Below are positions 9,314 to 18,818 of a stretch of DNA of 64,000 bases, piece after piece (position 1 is the first letter of the stretch; each line of letters starts with the position of its first letter). The translations under genes were made by a program, and so were the position numbers. This DNA comes from an uncultured delta proteobacterium (GTDB lineage: Bacteria; Myxococcota_A; UBA9160; SZUA-336): the NCBI GenBank assembly GCA_963704165.1, contig CAVPHD010000004.1:96001-160000 (forward strand), written 5' to 3'. The notes beneath the pieces were generated by a model, which was not told the DNA's origin, did no database searches, and saw nothing but the letters and a program-made list of their open reading frames with translations.

Positions 9314-9882
9314 CGATCGATCCCCGACGGGAAGCGCGGAAGTCCGGCGTCGAGTTGCACACCGAAGCTGTTCAATGCCATCGACACCAGGTTGTACTGT
9401 CCCACGGTGAAGACGACGTCGATGAGTTGCTCGGTATTCAGAAAGCGCGCGAGCTCGCGCCACGTCGCATCGTCGATCATCGCGTCGTTCCAGAGGCCGT
9501 CGGTCGCGCGCAGCAGAGCGCGCTCGAGATCCGACCATCCCGGTGCTTCGGGGCCGACGCCGATCCGCGCGATCTCGTCGTCGGTGAGCCCCTCGCGCTT
9601 CCCGATCACGACGTGCTGCGCCCACTCGTACTCGGCGCGGCAGAGCCAGCCGATGCGCAGGATCAGGATCTCGCGCTCGCGCGGAGGCAGCGAATTCTTC
9701 GCCAGGACGTGGTTCGCGAAGACCATCCAGCGTTTGACGAGCTTGGGGTGGCTCGCGAGCGTCCGGAAGATGTTCAGCGCGGGCATCGAGCCGGGACGAC
9801 CGATCGGCGCGAGCGCCTCCTTGGCCTCGTCGCTCCAGGCCTCTGGTGCGAGCGCGGGTATTCTGGGAACTTGGAGGCGCAT
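9310..9882 (-). CDS. Carboxymuconolactone decarboxylase/AhpD-like protein
   Basis: NIFRTLASHP, LPPREREILILR, YEWAQH; SD AGAGGA. Confidence 0.85.
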   Translation of the reverse strand: MRLQVPRIPALAPEAWSDEAKEALAPIGRPGSMPALNIFRTLASHPKLVKRWMVFANHVLAKNSLPPREREILILRIGWLCRAEYEWAQHVVIGKREGLTDDEIARIGVGPEAPGWSDLERALLRATDGLWNDAMIDDATWRELARFLNTEQLIDVVFTVGQYNLVSMALNSFGVQLDAGLPRFPSGIDR

Positions 9883-9938
9883 CGAGAGTCTCCTCTGAAC
9901 GAAGGGCGACGATACACCCGAGCCGCGGGAGAGCGCGA

Positions 9939-11741
9939 GTGAGCTGGGATCTGACGCCGTTCTTCGCGAGCTTCGAGGGACCGGAGTACCGCACGTTCCG
10001 AGATCGGCTCGCAGCCGACCTCGCGGGGCTTCTCGCGGACGTCGGCGCGTTCGGCCCGCTCGCGCGCGAGCGCGTTCCGGGGTTCGCGGAGATCCTCGTC
10101 CGACTCGAGAACGTGACCGCGCGCAGCGCCCACCTCGCGAGCTATCTCGGCGCCCTGCACGCAGCGGATTCACGAGACGAGGCGATCGCGCGCGAGCTCG
10201 CGTCGGCCGGCGTGGCGCGCGCGGAGCAGGAGAAGGCGTACGTGTTCGCGCGCGAAGTTCTGCGTGCCGCCCCCGACGACCTCTTCGAGGAGCTCTCTGC
10301 CGATCCACGTCTCGACAGCGCGAGGTACTTCCTGACGCGCGTGCGCGAGCGCGCGCGCTGGAGCATGAGCGCGGCCGAAGAGGGCCTGGCCGCGGATCTC
10401 GACCCGACGGGTCTCTCGGCCTGGGGGCGTCTCTACAGCCGGCTCTCGGGAAAGCTCGAGTTCGCGCTCGGAGTCCCCGGACGGCCGAACCGACACCTTC
10501 CTGTGTCGATGACGCGCACTCTGCTCGAGGATCCGGACGCCGAGGTTCGGAGCGCGGCCTTCCGCGGCTCGAACGCGGCCTGGGCGAGCATCGCCGACAG
10601 CACCGCGGCATGCCTCAACGCGATCGCGGGAACGCGTCTCGCGCTCTACGCGCGCCGTGGAATCGGGGACTTCCTCGAGCCCGCGCTCTTCGACGCGTCG
10701 ATCTCTCGCGCGACGCTCGACTCGCTGCTCGACGCCGTCCGGGCGCGCGCCGAGATTCCGCGCAGCTACCTGCGCCGGAAGGCCAAGCTCCTCGGCCGCG
10801 AACGCCTCGGCTTCTCCGACCTGTTGGCGCCGCTCCCGGGCGGGTCGGACGAACGCGTGCCGTTCGAAGTCTCTCGTGCGCAGATCCAATCGGCCTTCGA
10901 CGCCTTTCATCCGCCGCTCGGCGCGCTCGCCCGCAGAGCCTTCGAGCGGCGCTGGATCGACTGGGAGTCCCGCGCCGGCAAGCAGCCCGGAGGCTTCTGC
11001 ACGAGCTCGTCGCTGATCGACGAGTCGCGGATCTTTCTCACCTTCAACGGCGCACCCGGCGACACGTCGACGCTCGCGCACGAGCTCGGTCACGCGTATC
11101 ACTCCGCGATGATGTCGGGCGTGCGCCCGTGGTCGCGACGATCGCCGATGACGCTGGCCGAGACCGCGTCGACCTTCGCCGAACACGTTCTGATCGATCA
11201 CGCGCTCGCACCCGCGCAGCCGCAGCCGAGGATCCGGCTCGAAATCCTCGACGGGCGGCTGCAGGACGCCTCGGTGTTCCTCTTGAACATCCCCGCGCGA
11301 TTCAGCTTCGAGACTGCCGTCTATCGGGAGCGCGCGCAGGTGGAGCTCTCCGTCTCGCGTCTGTGCGAGCTCATGCTCGCGGCGGAGCGCGAATGGTATG
11401 GCGATGCGCTCGACGCCGACGAGCTCGACCCATGGTTCTGGGCATCGAAGCTGCATTTCTACATCACCGGGACGAGCTTCTACAATTTCCCCTACACGTT
11501 CGGGTACTTGTTCAGCCTGGGGCTCTTCGCGCGTGCGCGGCAGGAGGGTCCGGGGTTCATGCCGCGTTTCGAGGCCCTGCTGCGCTCGACCGGAAGCGGA
11601 ACGGCCGAGGTCGTCGCGCGAGACGCCCTCGGCGTGGATCTCACCAAACCGGACTTCTGGCACGCATCGCTCGATCTCGTCGGCGCCGCGCTCGACGAGT
11701 TCCTCGACTGCACCAGGCCGGCGGCTGCAGCTCCTCAGTAG
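9939..11741 (+). CDS. pepF: Oligoendopeptidase F (M3B)
   Basis: WDL N-terminus, GKQPGGFC, LAHELGH, LAETAS, HFY..FYNFPYTFG. Confidence 0.9.
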   Translation: MSWDLTPFFASFEGPEYRTFRDRLAADLAGLLADVGAFGPLARERVPGFAEILVRLENVTARSAHLASYLGALHAADSRDEAIARELASAGVARAEQEKAYVFAREVLRAAPDDLFEELSADPRLDSARYFLTRVRERARWSMSAAEEGLAADLDPTGLSAWGRLYSRLSGKLEFALGVPGRPNRHLPVSMTRTLLEDPDAEVRSAAFRGSNAAWASIADSTAACLNAIAGTRLALYARRGIGDFLEPALFDASISRATLDSLLDAVRARAEIPRSYLRRKAKLLGRERLGFSDLLAPLPGGSDERVPFEVSRAQIQSAFDAFHPPLGALARRAFERRWIDWESRAGKQPGGFCTSSSLIDESRIFLTFNGAPGDTSTLAHELGHAYHSAMMSGVRPWSRRSPMTLAETASTFAEHVLIDHALAPAQPQPRIRLEILDGRLQDASVFLLNIPARFSFETAVYRERAQVELSVSRLCELMLAAEREWYGDALDADELDPWFWASKLHFYITGTSFYNFPYTFGYLFSLGLFARARQEGPGFMPRFEALLRSTGSGTAEVVARDALGVDLTKPDFWHASLDLVGAALDEFLDCTRPAAAAPQ

Positions 11742-12805
11742 GTCGCGTCGAAGTCGATCTCGACGGGCTCGTCGCCCTCGAGCCGTGACTGACAGGCGAG
11801 CACCCAGCGATTGGCGAGGTCCTTCGCGGAGAGTGCGTCGTGCGTGCGCATCTGCACCTTGCCCGAGCAGAGCCGCGCCATGCAGCAGCCGCAATAGCCT
11901 TCTTCGCAGGAGAACGAGGGATCGAGGCCGGCGCGGCGCGCGGCCGCGAGCAAGGTCTCTCCGGACTTCACGGGGACCTCGTGCCGTGTGCCTTCGAGCG
12001 TGCAGAAGAACGTGCTCGCCGCACGGACCGGTGCCGAGGGCTGCGCCGCGACGGTCGCCTGCACGCGATCGGGGTCGGTGGGTGAGACGAAGCGCTCGAT
12101 GAAGACGTGTCCGCGGCCGACTTGTCGCTCTTCGAGGGCGCTCTCGACCACGTCCATGAAGGGACCGGGGCCGCAGATGTAGAAGTCCGCGTCTTCGAGT
12201 CCGGTGAAGTGGTCCTTGGCGTTCGCGGCGTGCATGAACCCGCGCTCCGAATCGAGGTGGTGGACGATGTCGAAGCGGTCGGCGTGGCGCGCGCGCCAGG
12301 ATTCGAGCTCGTCACGGAAGATGATCGAGTCGCGGTCGCGATTCGCGTACACGAGCTTGATTCGCCGGCTCGTCTTCGAGAGCGCCGTCTTGATGATCGA
12401 GAGGACCGGCGTGATCCCGCTGCCACCGCCGAACATCACGAGCGGCCGCTCCCGCTCCGACGGGCGAAGCACGAAGAGTCCCTCGGGCGGCTTCACCGCG
12501 ATCCGGCTCCCCCTCACGATCTTCTCGTTGAACCAGTTCGAGACGCGCCCGTGATCGACTCGCTTCACCGTCACCTTCGGCCGGTCGTCGATCTCCGGCG
12601 CGCTCGAGAGCGAGTAACAGCGGTGCAGCCGAAAGCCGTCCCAGGGGATCTCGAAGGTCAGGAACTGCCCGGAGACGTACCGGAAGAGCGGCGCCAGCGC
12701 ATCGGGAACGTCGAAGACGAACGAGCGCGTGTCGGCCGTTTCCTGGATCACGTCTGCGGTCACGAGTTCGTGGAAGCGGTGCTTCGAGTCGCCGGTCTGG
12801 GTCAT
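11735..12805 (-). CDS. FAD/NAD-binding reductase with C-terminal 2Fe-2S domain (KshB/PaaE-like oxygenase reductase)
   Basis: RCYSLSS, GGSGITP, YICGPGPFM, SCEEGYCGCC..LACQ. Confidence 0.9.
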   Translation of the reverse strand: MTQTGDSKHRFHELVTADVIQETADTRSFVFDVPDALAPLFRYVSGQFLTFEIPWDGFRLHRCYSLSSAPEIDDRPKVTVKRVDHGRVSNWFNEKIVRGSRIAVKPPEGLFVLRPSERERPLVMFGGGSGITPVLSIIKTALSKTSRRIKLVYANRDRDSIIFRDELESWRARHADRFDIVHHLDSERGFMHAANAKDHFTGLEDADFYICGPGPFMDVVESALEERQVGRGHVFIERFVSPTDPDRVQATVAAQPSAPVRAASTFFCTLEGTRHEVPVKSGETLLAAARRAGLDPSFSCEEGYCGCCMARLCSGKVQMRTHDALSAKDLANRWVLACQSRLEGDEPVEIDFDATY

Positions 12806-12860
12806 CGAACGCGGAGCCTAACGCATGAAGGCGTGAATTCGGAGCTCGGGTCGGAGGAGC

Positions 12861-13454
12861 TCACGCGAGCCTCTCGGAGAGCTCTTCGAGTGAGTGCACC
12901 GAGACATCCGCGTGCTCCGCGAACGGAAAGTCGCCGCTCGCATCGACGTAGACCGTCGCGGTTCCGGCGGCCCGGCCCGCGAGCAGGTCGTAGCGATAGT
13001 CGCCGACCATCACGGCGTCGATCGGCGCGGCTCGCCAGGCGCGCAGAAGATGGTGGATTCCGTCGGGGTCGGGCTTGGGCGCGGCGGCCTCGCGGCCGAC
13101 GACGAGAGCGGCGTCGAAGAAGTGCGCGAGCCCGCACGCGCGCAGCGTCTCGAGGGCGTTCGCGTGGCTGTTGCGCGTGAGAATGCCGAGGCGCGTGCCG
13201 CGCGCGCGAAGGGTCTCGAGCAATGGGACGGCGCCGGCGGCCGCGCACGCGCGTTGCGCGAGGCCGAGCTCGAGCCGGTCGAGGCGCTCGAAGAGATCGC
13301 GCGCTTCGGGTTCGGGACGGAGCGCGAGCTCTTCGAGGATCGGTCGTCCCGCCGGGAGTCCGAGCTCGAGGCGGATCGCCTCGAAGTCGTGGATGGCGAC
13401 GGTCAACGTGCCATCCATGTCGAAGATCCAGTGCGCGCGTTTCGAGAGGTCCAA
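12861..13454 (-). CDS. HAD-family hydrolase/phosphatase
   Basis: FDMDGTL, LTRN, PKPDP, VGDYRYD; TTG start with GGAG SD. Confidence 0.88.
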   Translation of the reverse strand: MDLSKRAHWIFDMDGTLTVAIHDFEAIRLELGLPAGRPILEELALRPEPEARDLFERLDRLELGLAQRACAAAGAVPLLETLRARGTRLGILTRNSHANALETLRACGLAHFFDAALVVGREAAAPKPDPDGIHHLLRAWRAAPIDAVMVGDYRYDLLAGRAAGTATVYVDASGDFPFAEHADVSVHSLEELSERLA

Positions 13455-13471
13455 GACCCGGCTCCGCGCGT

Positions 13472-14896
13472 TCAGTCTGCCATCGTCCGGTCGAGCCCGG
13501 CGATCGAAACGAGCTCGTCGTACGCGCGCTCGAGATCTTCTCGCAGGTCCTCGAGGTCGGGCATTCGCTCGGCATCGGCGTTCAGTCCCCAGAACAGCTT
13601 CCCGGCGTAGCTGAAGAGCGCGATGATCACGGCCTGGTGCTGGAAGAGCGGGCCGATCGGGTACGACTCGAGCAGCGGCGCACCGACGAGATACAGCGGA
13701 ACCTGCGGCCCGGGAACGTTGGTCACGACCAGGTTGTGCGGGCGGCCGATGTTCTGAAAGCTCGTGCCGAGCGAGAGCAGCGTCATTCCCGTCCACTCCG
13801 TGACGGCCGAGAGCAGATCGGCGCCGAGCGCCTGGTTCGACTCCTTGAGCTGACGTGTGGTCGCGCGGATGTGTTCCAGGCGGAGCAGTGGGTCCGCTTG
13901 CCCGATCGGCATCGGAATGATCCATGCGGACACGCGATTTCCGTTCGACGATCTCTCCGCGTTCGTGCGCACGCTCACCGGCGCGGAGACGCGGAAGTCG
14001 AGCGAGTCGACGTTCACCAGCCTGCGCGTGAGGAACCGGCGCATCCCGCCCGCGACCGTCGCGAGCACGATGTCGTTCAGCGTGCCGCCGAGCTTGTCCT
14101 TCAGCGCCTTCATGCGCGTGAGCCCGAGCGAGAAGTACTCGAAGCGCCTGTGTGGTCCGATCTCGGAGTTGAGAGGCGTGTCCGACGCAGGTACGAGACC
14201 ACTCGCGACCAGATCACCGACGGCGCGGACCGCCCGTCCGAGCTCGCTTCGCCGGTCGGCGCGCAGGAGTTCGGCGATCCGAAGCGCGCCGTGCACCGGT
14301 CCGGCGGCGAGGTCGAGCAGATCCTCGCCGACGAGCTCGCGGGTTCCCGGCACGGGCCGCGGCACGAACGGCGGGGGAACCTCGCTCGACTCGTCGGGCG
14401 AGAGGCTCATCAGAACCGTGACGAGCTCCGCGCCCGATACCCCGTCGACCATGCAGTGGTGCACCTTCGAGACCACCGCGAAGCGCTCGCCGCCCTCGAA
14501 TCCCTCGACGACCCAGAGCTCCCAGAGCGGTCGCCGTCGGTCGAGAGCCTGCGAGCTCAGCCGTCCGATCAAGCGCTTCAGCTGCGCGTCGTTCCCGGGG
14601 TGGGGAAGCGCCGTGTGCCGGACGTGGTACTCGATGCTGAAGTGATCGTCGTCGACCCAGATCGGGCGACCACGCAGAGGTGTGTAGGCCAGGCGCTGGC
14701 GGTAGCGAGGGATTCGGTGCAACCGCGCGGTGATGAAGCGGCGGATCTTCGCGATGTCGATGCCACCGTGCTCGGTGCGCAACGGGCCGGCCTCGGCAAT
14801 GAAGGCCGCGGCGATGTGCATCGGCGTGTTCGGACCCTCGGCATCGAGGAACGAAGCATCCTGAGGCGAGAGGGTCTCGAATTTGTAGCTCGCCAT
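13472..14896 (-). CDS. Wax ester synthase/diacylglycerol acyltransferase (WS/DGAT)
   Basis: LSPQDASFL, PMHI, PLWE, HHCMVDG catalytic motif, TNVPGP. Confidence 0.95.
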   Translation of the reverse strand: MASYKFETLSPQDASFLDAEGPNTPMHIAAAFIAEAGPLRTEHGGIDIAKIRRFITARLHRIPRYRQRLAYTPLRGRPIWVDDDHFSIEYHVRHTALPHPGNDAQLKRLIGRLSSQALDRRRPLWELWVVEGFEGGERFAVVSKVHHCMVDGVSGAELVTVLMSLSPDESSEVPPPFVPRPVPGTRELVGEDLLDLAAGPVHGALRIAELLRADRRSELGRAVRAVGDLVASGLVPASDTPLNSEIGPHRRFEYFSLGLTRMKALKDKLGGTLNDIVLATVAGGMRRFLTRRLVNVDSLDFRVSAPVSVRTNAERSSNGNRVSAWIIPMPIGQADPLLRLEHIRATTRQLKESNQALGADLLSAVTEWTGMTLLSLGTSFQNIGRPHNLVVTNVPGPQVPLYLVGAPLLESYPIGPLFQHQAVIIALFSYAGKLFWGLNADAERMPDLEDLREDLERAYDELVSIAGLDRTMAD

Positions 14897-14945
14897 CTCG
14901 ACAGGATACACGGGTCCGGGGACCGACGGCCTCGCTGGTTCTCGT

Positions 14946-16490
14946 CTAGACCTTCGACCAGGACTCGAAGAGCCTGCGCTCGGCTTCGAGCGGCGAATCG
15001 ACGACGCGTGCATCCCGGCCGAAGAGCATCGTCGAGCGCAGAACAGGCTCGTAGCCCGGCCAATCCGGCAGGCCCTCGTGAGAGGGATTCCCTTCGCGTG
15101 CGAAGCTGCCCCAGGCGTGCTGCATGGTCAGCGAAAGGCGGCGTGCCGAGGTGGACAGCCCCGTCAGCGATCGAAAGAGCGGCGTCTGCGTCCAGCCGAA
15201 GACGAACGGGAGCTCGATCGCGTGGCACGCGCCGATCCATCCGCCGACGCCCGGCGGCCGCCACGTGAACAGGTAGGAGAACGCGCGCCCACCCGCGCGA
15301 ACCTGCGCCTCGGCGAGCTGCGAAGCCGGGTGGTGGAAGACGCGGGCGGATTGGAAGGCGTTCCAGACTTCGGCCGTGTCCGTCGAGCCGCCGTCCGCGG
15401 CGACGGCGTCGCGGAAGCACCGGGTCGCGACCTCGGAATCGGGAAGCGTGAGTTCACGCGGGTCGGAAAGCGCGCCGATTCGCGAGATCAGCGTCGCCTC
15501 GCGCATTCCGACGGCGCTGCCATCGACGAGAGAGAACAGCTTCCATTCCTCGCGGGTGGTTCCGATCAGGAGTTCCTTGTCCGCGAATGCGCCGCGCTGG
15601 ATCGCTTCGAGCGGCGTCTCCGGCACGAGAGCGCCGTCGACGACCGGCATGAACGACATCAATCGCAGCGGACTGAACGTGCGCCGGTACGCGCTGGCCT
15701 GCGCCTTCAGCAATCGCGCGGGATCGACGTCGCGAAGCTGGTGGGCCGTCTCCGCCTTCAAGCCGAACTCCGCGAGGAAGATCCGCGCGACGTTGGTTCC
15801 CGCGTCACGGTCGATCACGCTGCGCCCGGCGGGGCTCTGCAGGATCGCGCGTCGGAACGAGCGACGGGCCTGCGGAGATGCGCAGAGCGAGGCCGCGCTC
15901 ATCGCACCCGCAGATTGCCCGCAGATGGTGACGTCGTCGGGATCGCCGCCGAACTCCGCGATGTTGTCCCGCACCCACGCGAGTGCGGCGATCTGATCCT
16001 CGAGTCCCAGGTTGACGGCCTCGGGCAGCGTCGACCCCGGCACCAGACCCAGGTGGCCCCAGCCCAGCGCGCCGAGCCGGTAGTTCGTCGTGACCACGAC
16101 CAGGTCGCAGCGTCGCGCGAGCCTTCGGCTGTCGTAGAGCGCGGTCGAACCGGCCCCCATGAGAAACGCGCCGCCGTGAAGGAAGAGCAGGACCGGTTTC
16201 TTCGATCCGGAGAGTCCCGGTGTGTACACGTTCAGGTAGAGGCAGTCCTCGTCGACGCGACCGCCGACGTCGAGGCGCATGCGAGTCATCCACGCCGCGC
16301 CGACCTGGAGCGGCGCGGGCCCCGGACGCAAAGCCTCGCGTACGCCCCGCCAGCACGCGGGCGGCTGAGGTCTCGCGAAGCGCAGCGCGCCGACCGGTGG
16401 CCGCGCGAACGGCACTCCCCGAAAGACGTGGATGCCGGCGACTTCCTCGCCGGCGAGTTTCCCGTATGTGGTCTCGACGTTCTTGCTCAT
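14946..16490 (-). CDS. Type-B carboxylesterase (PnbA-like)
   Basis: EDCLYLNV, HGGAF, GQSAG nucleophile, ACHAIEL. Confidence 0.93.
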   Translation of the reverse strand: MSKNVETTYGKLAGEEVAGIHVFRGVPFARPPVGALRFARPQPPACWRGVREALRPGPAPLQVGAAWMTRMRLDVGGRVDEDCLYLNVYTPGLSGSKKPVLLFLHGGAFLMGAGSTALYDSRRLARRCDLVVVTTNYRLGALGWGHLGLVPGSTLPEAVNLGLEDQIAALAWVRDNIAEFGGDPDDVTICGQSAGAMSAASLCASPQARRSFRRAILQSPAGRSVIDRDAGTNVARIFLAEFGLKAETAHQLRDVDPARLLKAQASAYRRTFSPLRLMSFMPVVDGALVPETPLEAIQRGAFADKELLIGTTREEWKLFSLVDGSAVGMREATLISRIGALSDPRELTLPDSEVATRCFRDAVAADGGSTDTAEVWNAFQSARVFHHPASQLAEAQVRAGGRAFSYLFTWRPPGVGGWIGACHAIELPFVFGWTQTPLFRSLTGLSTSARRLSLTMQHAWGSFAREGNPSHEGLPDWPGYEPVLRSTMLFGRDARVVDSPLEAERRLFESWSKV

Positions 16491-16520
16491 TCGACAGCAG
16501 CGGCGGCGGGGAACGGAACT

Positions 16521-17378
16521 CTAGCTTTTCGCGGTCAGATTTGCGGCCATGCGCATGGCGAGGTCGGTCAGCGCGCGCGGCGTGATCGCTCCGACGGCGA
16601 TCGTCGCCAACGCATCGAGGCCGACGACGTAGCGGCGGAGTGGGAAGCGACTCTCGACGGCCGAGACGATCGCGTGCGCGACGACGCTGGCCGGCGGCGC
16701 GAAGCGCTCGACCAGCGCGATCCAGCCGTCCATGCGCTCGTACGCCGACGCGTACCGGGAGTCGGAACGGGCTGCGCTCCGGGACGCGATGTCGCGCGAG
16801 CGACCGGTGATGCCGGTCTTGAAGAAGCCCGGTTCGACGATCGAGACGGAAACCCCGAAGGAAGCAACCTCGACGCGAAGCACGTCCGAGAGCGCTTCGA
16901 GCCCGAACTTCGACGCGTGATACCAGGCGTTCAACGGCAGCACGGATGCGCGTCCAGCGACGGACGAGACCATCACGATCCGTCCGCCCCCGAGTCGCCG
17001 CATGCCGGGCAACGCGCAGCTCGCGACGACCGCGGGCGCGACCAGGTTCACGTCGAGCTGAGCCCGAGCCTGCTCGGCCGAGACCTCTTCGACGGCGCCG
17101 GATTGCGAATAGCCCGCGTTGTTCACGACCGCGTAGAAGTCCGGCAGCCCCTTCCACCGCTCGACGACGCGCGCGTGATCGGAGACGTCGAGCACGACCG
17201 GATGCACGCGCCCGAGGCAGCCCGCTAGATCGGCGGCCTCTCGCAGCGCCTCGGCTTTCTCCTCGGAGCGGACCGTTCCCCACGTCTCCCAGCCGCGCGA
17301 CGCGAAGCGAAGCGCGCTCGCCAGTCCGATTCCGGAGTTCGCGCCCGTCACGATCACGGGTCCGCGTCGCGCGGCCAT
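16521..17378 (-). CDS. Short-chain dehydrogenase/reductase
   Basis: TGANSGIG, NNAG, YHASK. Confidence 0.93.
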   Translation of the reverse strand: MAARRGPVIVTGANSGIGLASALRFASRGWETWGTVRSEEKAEALREAADLAGCLGRVHPVVLDVSDHARVVERWKGLPDFYAVVNNAGYSQSGAVEEVSAEQARAQLDVNLVAPAVVASCALPGMRRLGGGRIVMVSSVAGRASVLPLNAWYHASKFGLEALSDVLRVEVASFGVSVSIVEPGFFKTGITGRSRDIASRSAARSDSRYASAYERMDGWIALVERFAPPASVVAHAIVSAVESRFPLRRYVVGLDALATIAVGAITPRALTDLAMRMAANLTAKS

Positions 17379-17411
17379 GGCTAGCCTCCGCGCGCCATCC
17401 TACCGAACTCG

Positions 17412-18671
17412 TCAGAAGGGAAGGGCGGCGACGGCGCGCGCCGGACCGTCCTCGCGCGCGAGCGCATCGGCGATCCGCGCGGCGTTCGCCCGGTACTCGC
17501 CGATCTCGACCAGCGCACGCAGTGCGACTTCGAGCGACTCGGGCGAGAGTTGCCGGCGCGAGAGCGGAGCGGGACCGGCGCCGAGTGCGTGAATGCGCTC
17601 CCCCCAGAAGCGCTGATCGGCGATGAACGGCAGGACCAGCGAGGGCACGCCCGCGCGGAGGGCGGCGGCCGTCGTACCCGCGCCGCCGTGATGGACGACG
17701 GCGGCGACGCGCGGGAAGAGCCAGTCGTGCGGTGCGGATTCGACCGCGATCACGTGGTCGGGCAGTTCCGTCCGCGCGAGTCCACCCCAACCGGTGAGCA
17801 GGATCCCGCGCTGGCGCGTGCGTGTGAGCGCGCGCGCGAAGAGCTCCGTCGTCCGCTCGGGGTCGGCGGAGGGCATGCTGCCGAAGCCGACACAGATCGG
17901 TTTTGGTCCCGAGGCGAGGAAGTCGGCGAGCTCGCGCGGCGGCGCCCACTCCGACGGGCGGTCGAGGAACCAGTAACCCGTGAGCGCGATCTCCGGTCCC
18001 CAGTCGGACGGTCGCTTCAGGACCGAGCTGCTGATGCCGTACAGGGCTGCCCAGCGGTCGCGGAGCATGACGGCGAAGGGATTCGCGCCGGACCGAAGAC
18101 CGAGGACGTTCCGGCGCGCAGCGTCGTTGGCGCCGCGGACGATCCGGTACAGCACCTGCCAGGTGACGTGATAGCTCGCGCGACGCAGGCGGCCGCGAAG
18201 CGGGAACCACGCCGGGATCTCCGGAAACAGCCAGCATCCGAACTCGCGGGTCGGATGATTGGGTTGCAGGAACGCGCTCGCGAACGGAACGCTGCGGCTC
18301 TCGTGCAGAGCCTGGGCGATTGGCAGCGCTCCAGGCGCGGCGAGCAGCGCGTCTGCCCCCTCGGTGATCTGGCACGCTTCGGTGTAGCCCTTCTCGAGAA
18401 CCGGTTCGAGAAGACGGCAAAGACCCTGGAGCAGCGCGAACGGATTGCGCGTCGATCGGAAGATCGCCTGTCCCTCGGGCGACCGCAGGAGTACCTGCGG
18501 ATCGCCGGTGTCGAAGCTCGCGAACTCGACGCCGTGGGACTCGACGAAGCTCCGGAACGCCGGCGCCGCGCACACCGCCGTGCGATGTCCGGCTCGTTCG
18601 AGACCTCGCGCCAGCGCCACGTACGGCTGCACGTCGCCTCGCGAGCCCACCGTGAGGATGCAGATGCGCAT
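17412..18671 (-). CDS. GT1 glycosyltransferase, sterol-glucosyltransferase/glycolipid type
   Basis: GSRGDVQPY, VGFGSM, PHDWLFP, HHGGAGTT, DQRFWG. Confidence 0.92.
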   Translation of the reverse strand: MRICILTVGSRGDVQPYVALARGLERAGHRTAVCAAPAFRSFVESHGVEFASFDTGDPQVLLRSPEGQAIFRSTRNPFALLQGLCRLLEPVLEKGYTEACQITEGADALLAAPGALPIAQALHESRSVPFASAFLQPNHPTREFGCWLFPEIPAWFPLRGRLRRASYHVTWQVLYRIVRGANDAARRNVLGLRSGANPFAVMLRDRWAALYGISSSVLKRPSDWGPEIALTGYWFLDRPSEWAPPRELADFLASGPKPICVGFGSMPSADPERTTELFARALTRTRQRGILLTGWGGLARTELPDHVIAVESAPHDWLFPRVAAVVHHGGAGTTAAALRAGVPSLVLPFIADQRFWGERIHALGAGPAPLSRRQLSPESLEVALRALVEIGEYRANAARIADALAREDGPARAVAALPF

Positions 18672-18818
18672 GACCCATGCGGATCGAGAACCCGCATTCG
18701 TGGCTTTAGCAGGGGCCCGAGAACGCCGTCCGGAAGGCGCCCGAGCCGGCTCCGAGCCGATCGAAAGGGTGGCCCGCTCGCTTCAGCGCCGCGCGGCTCG
18801 CGCCGAAACCGCGGAAGG

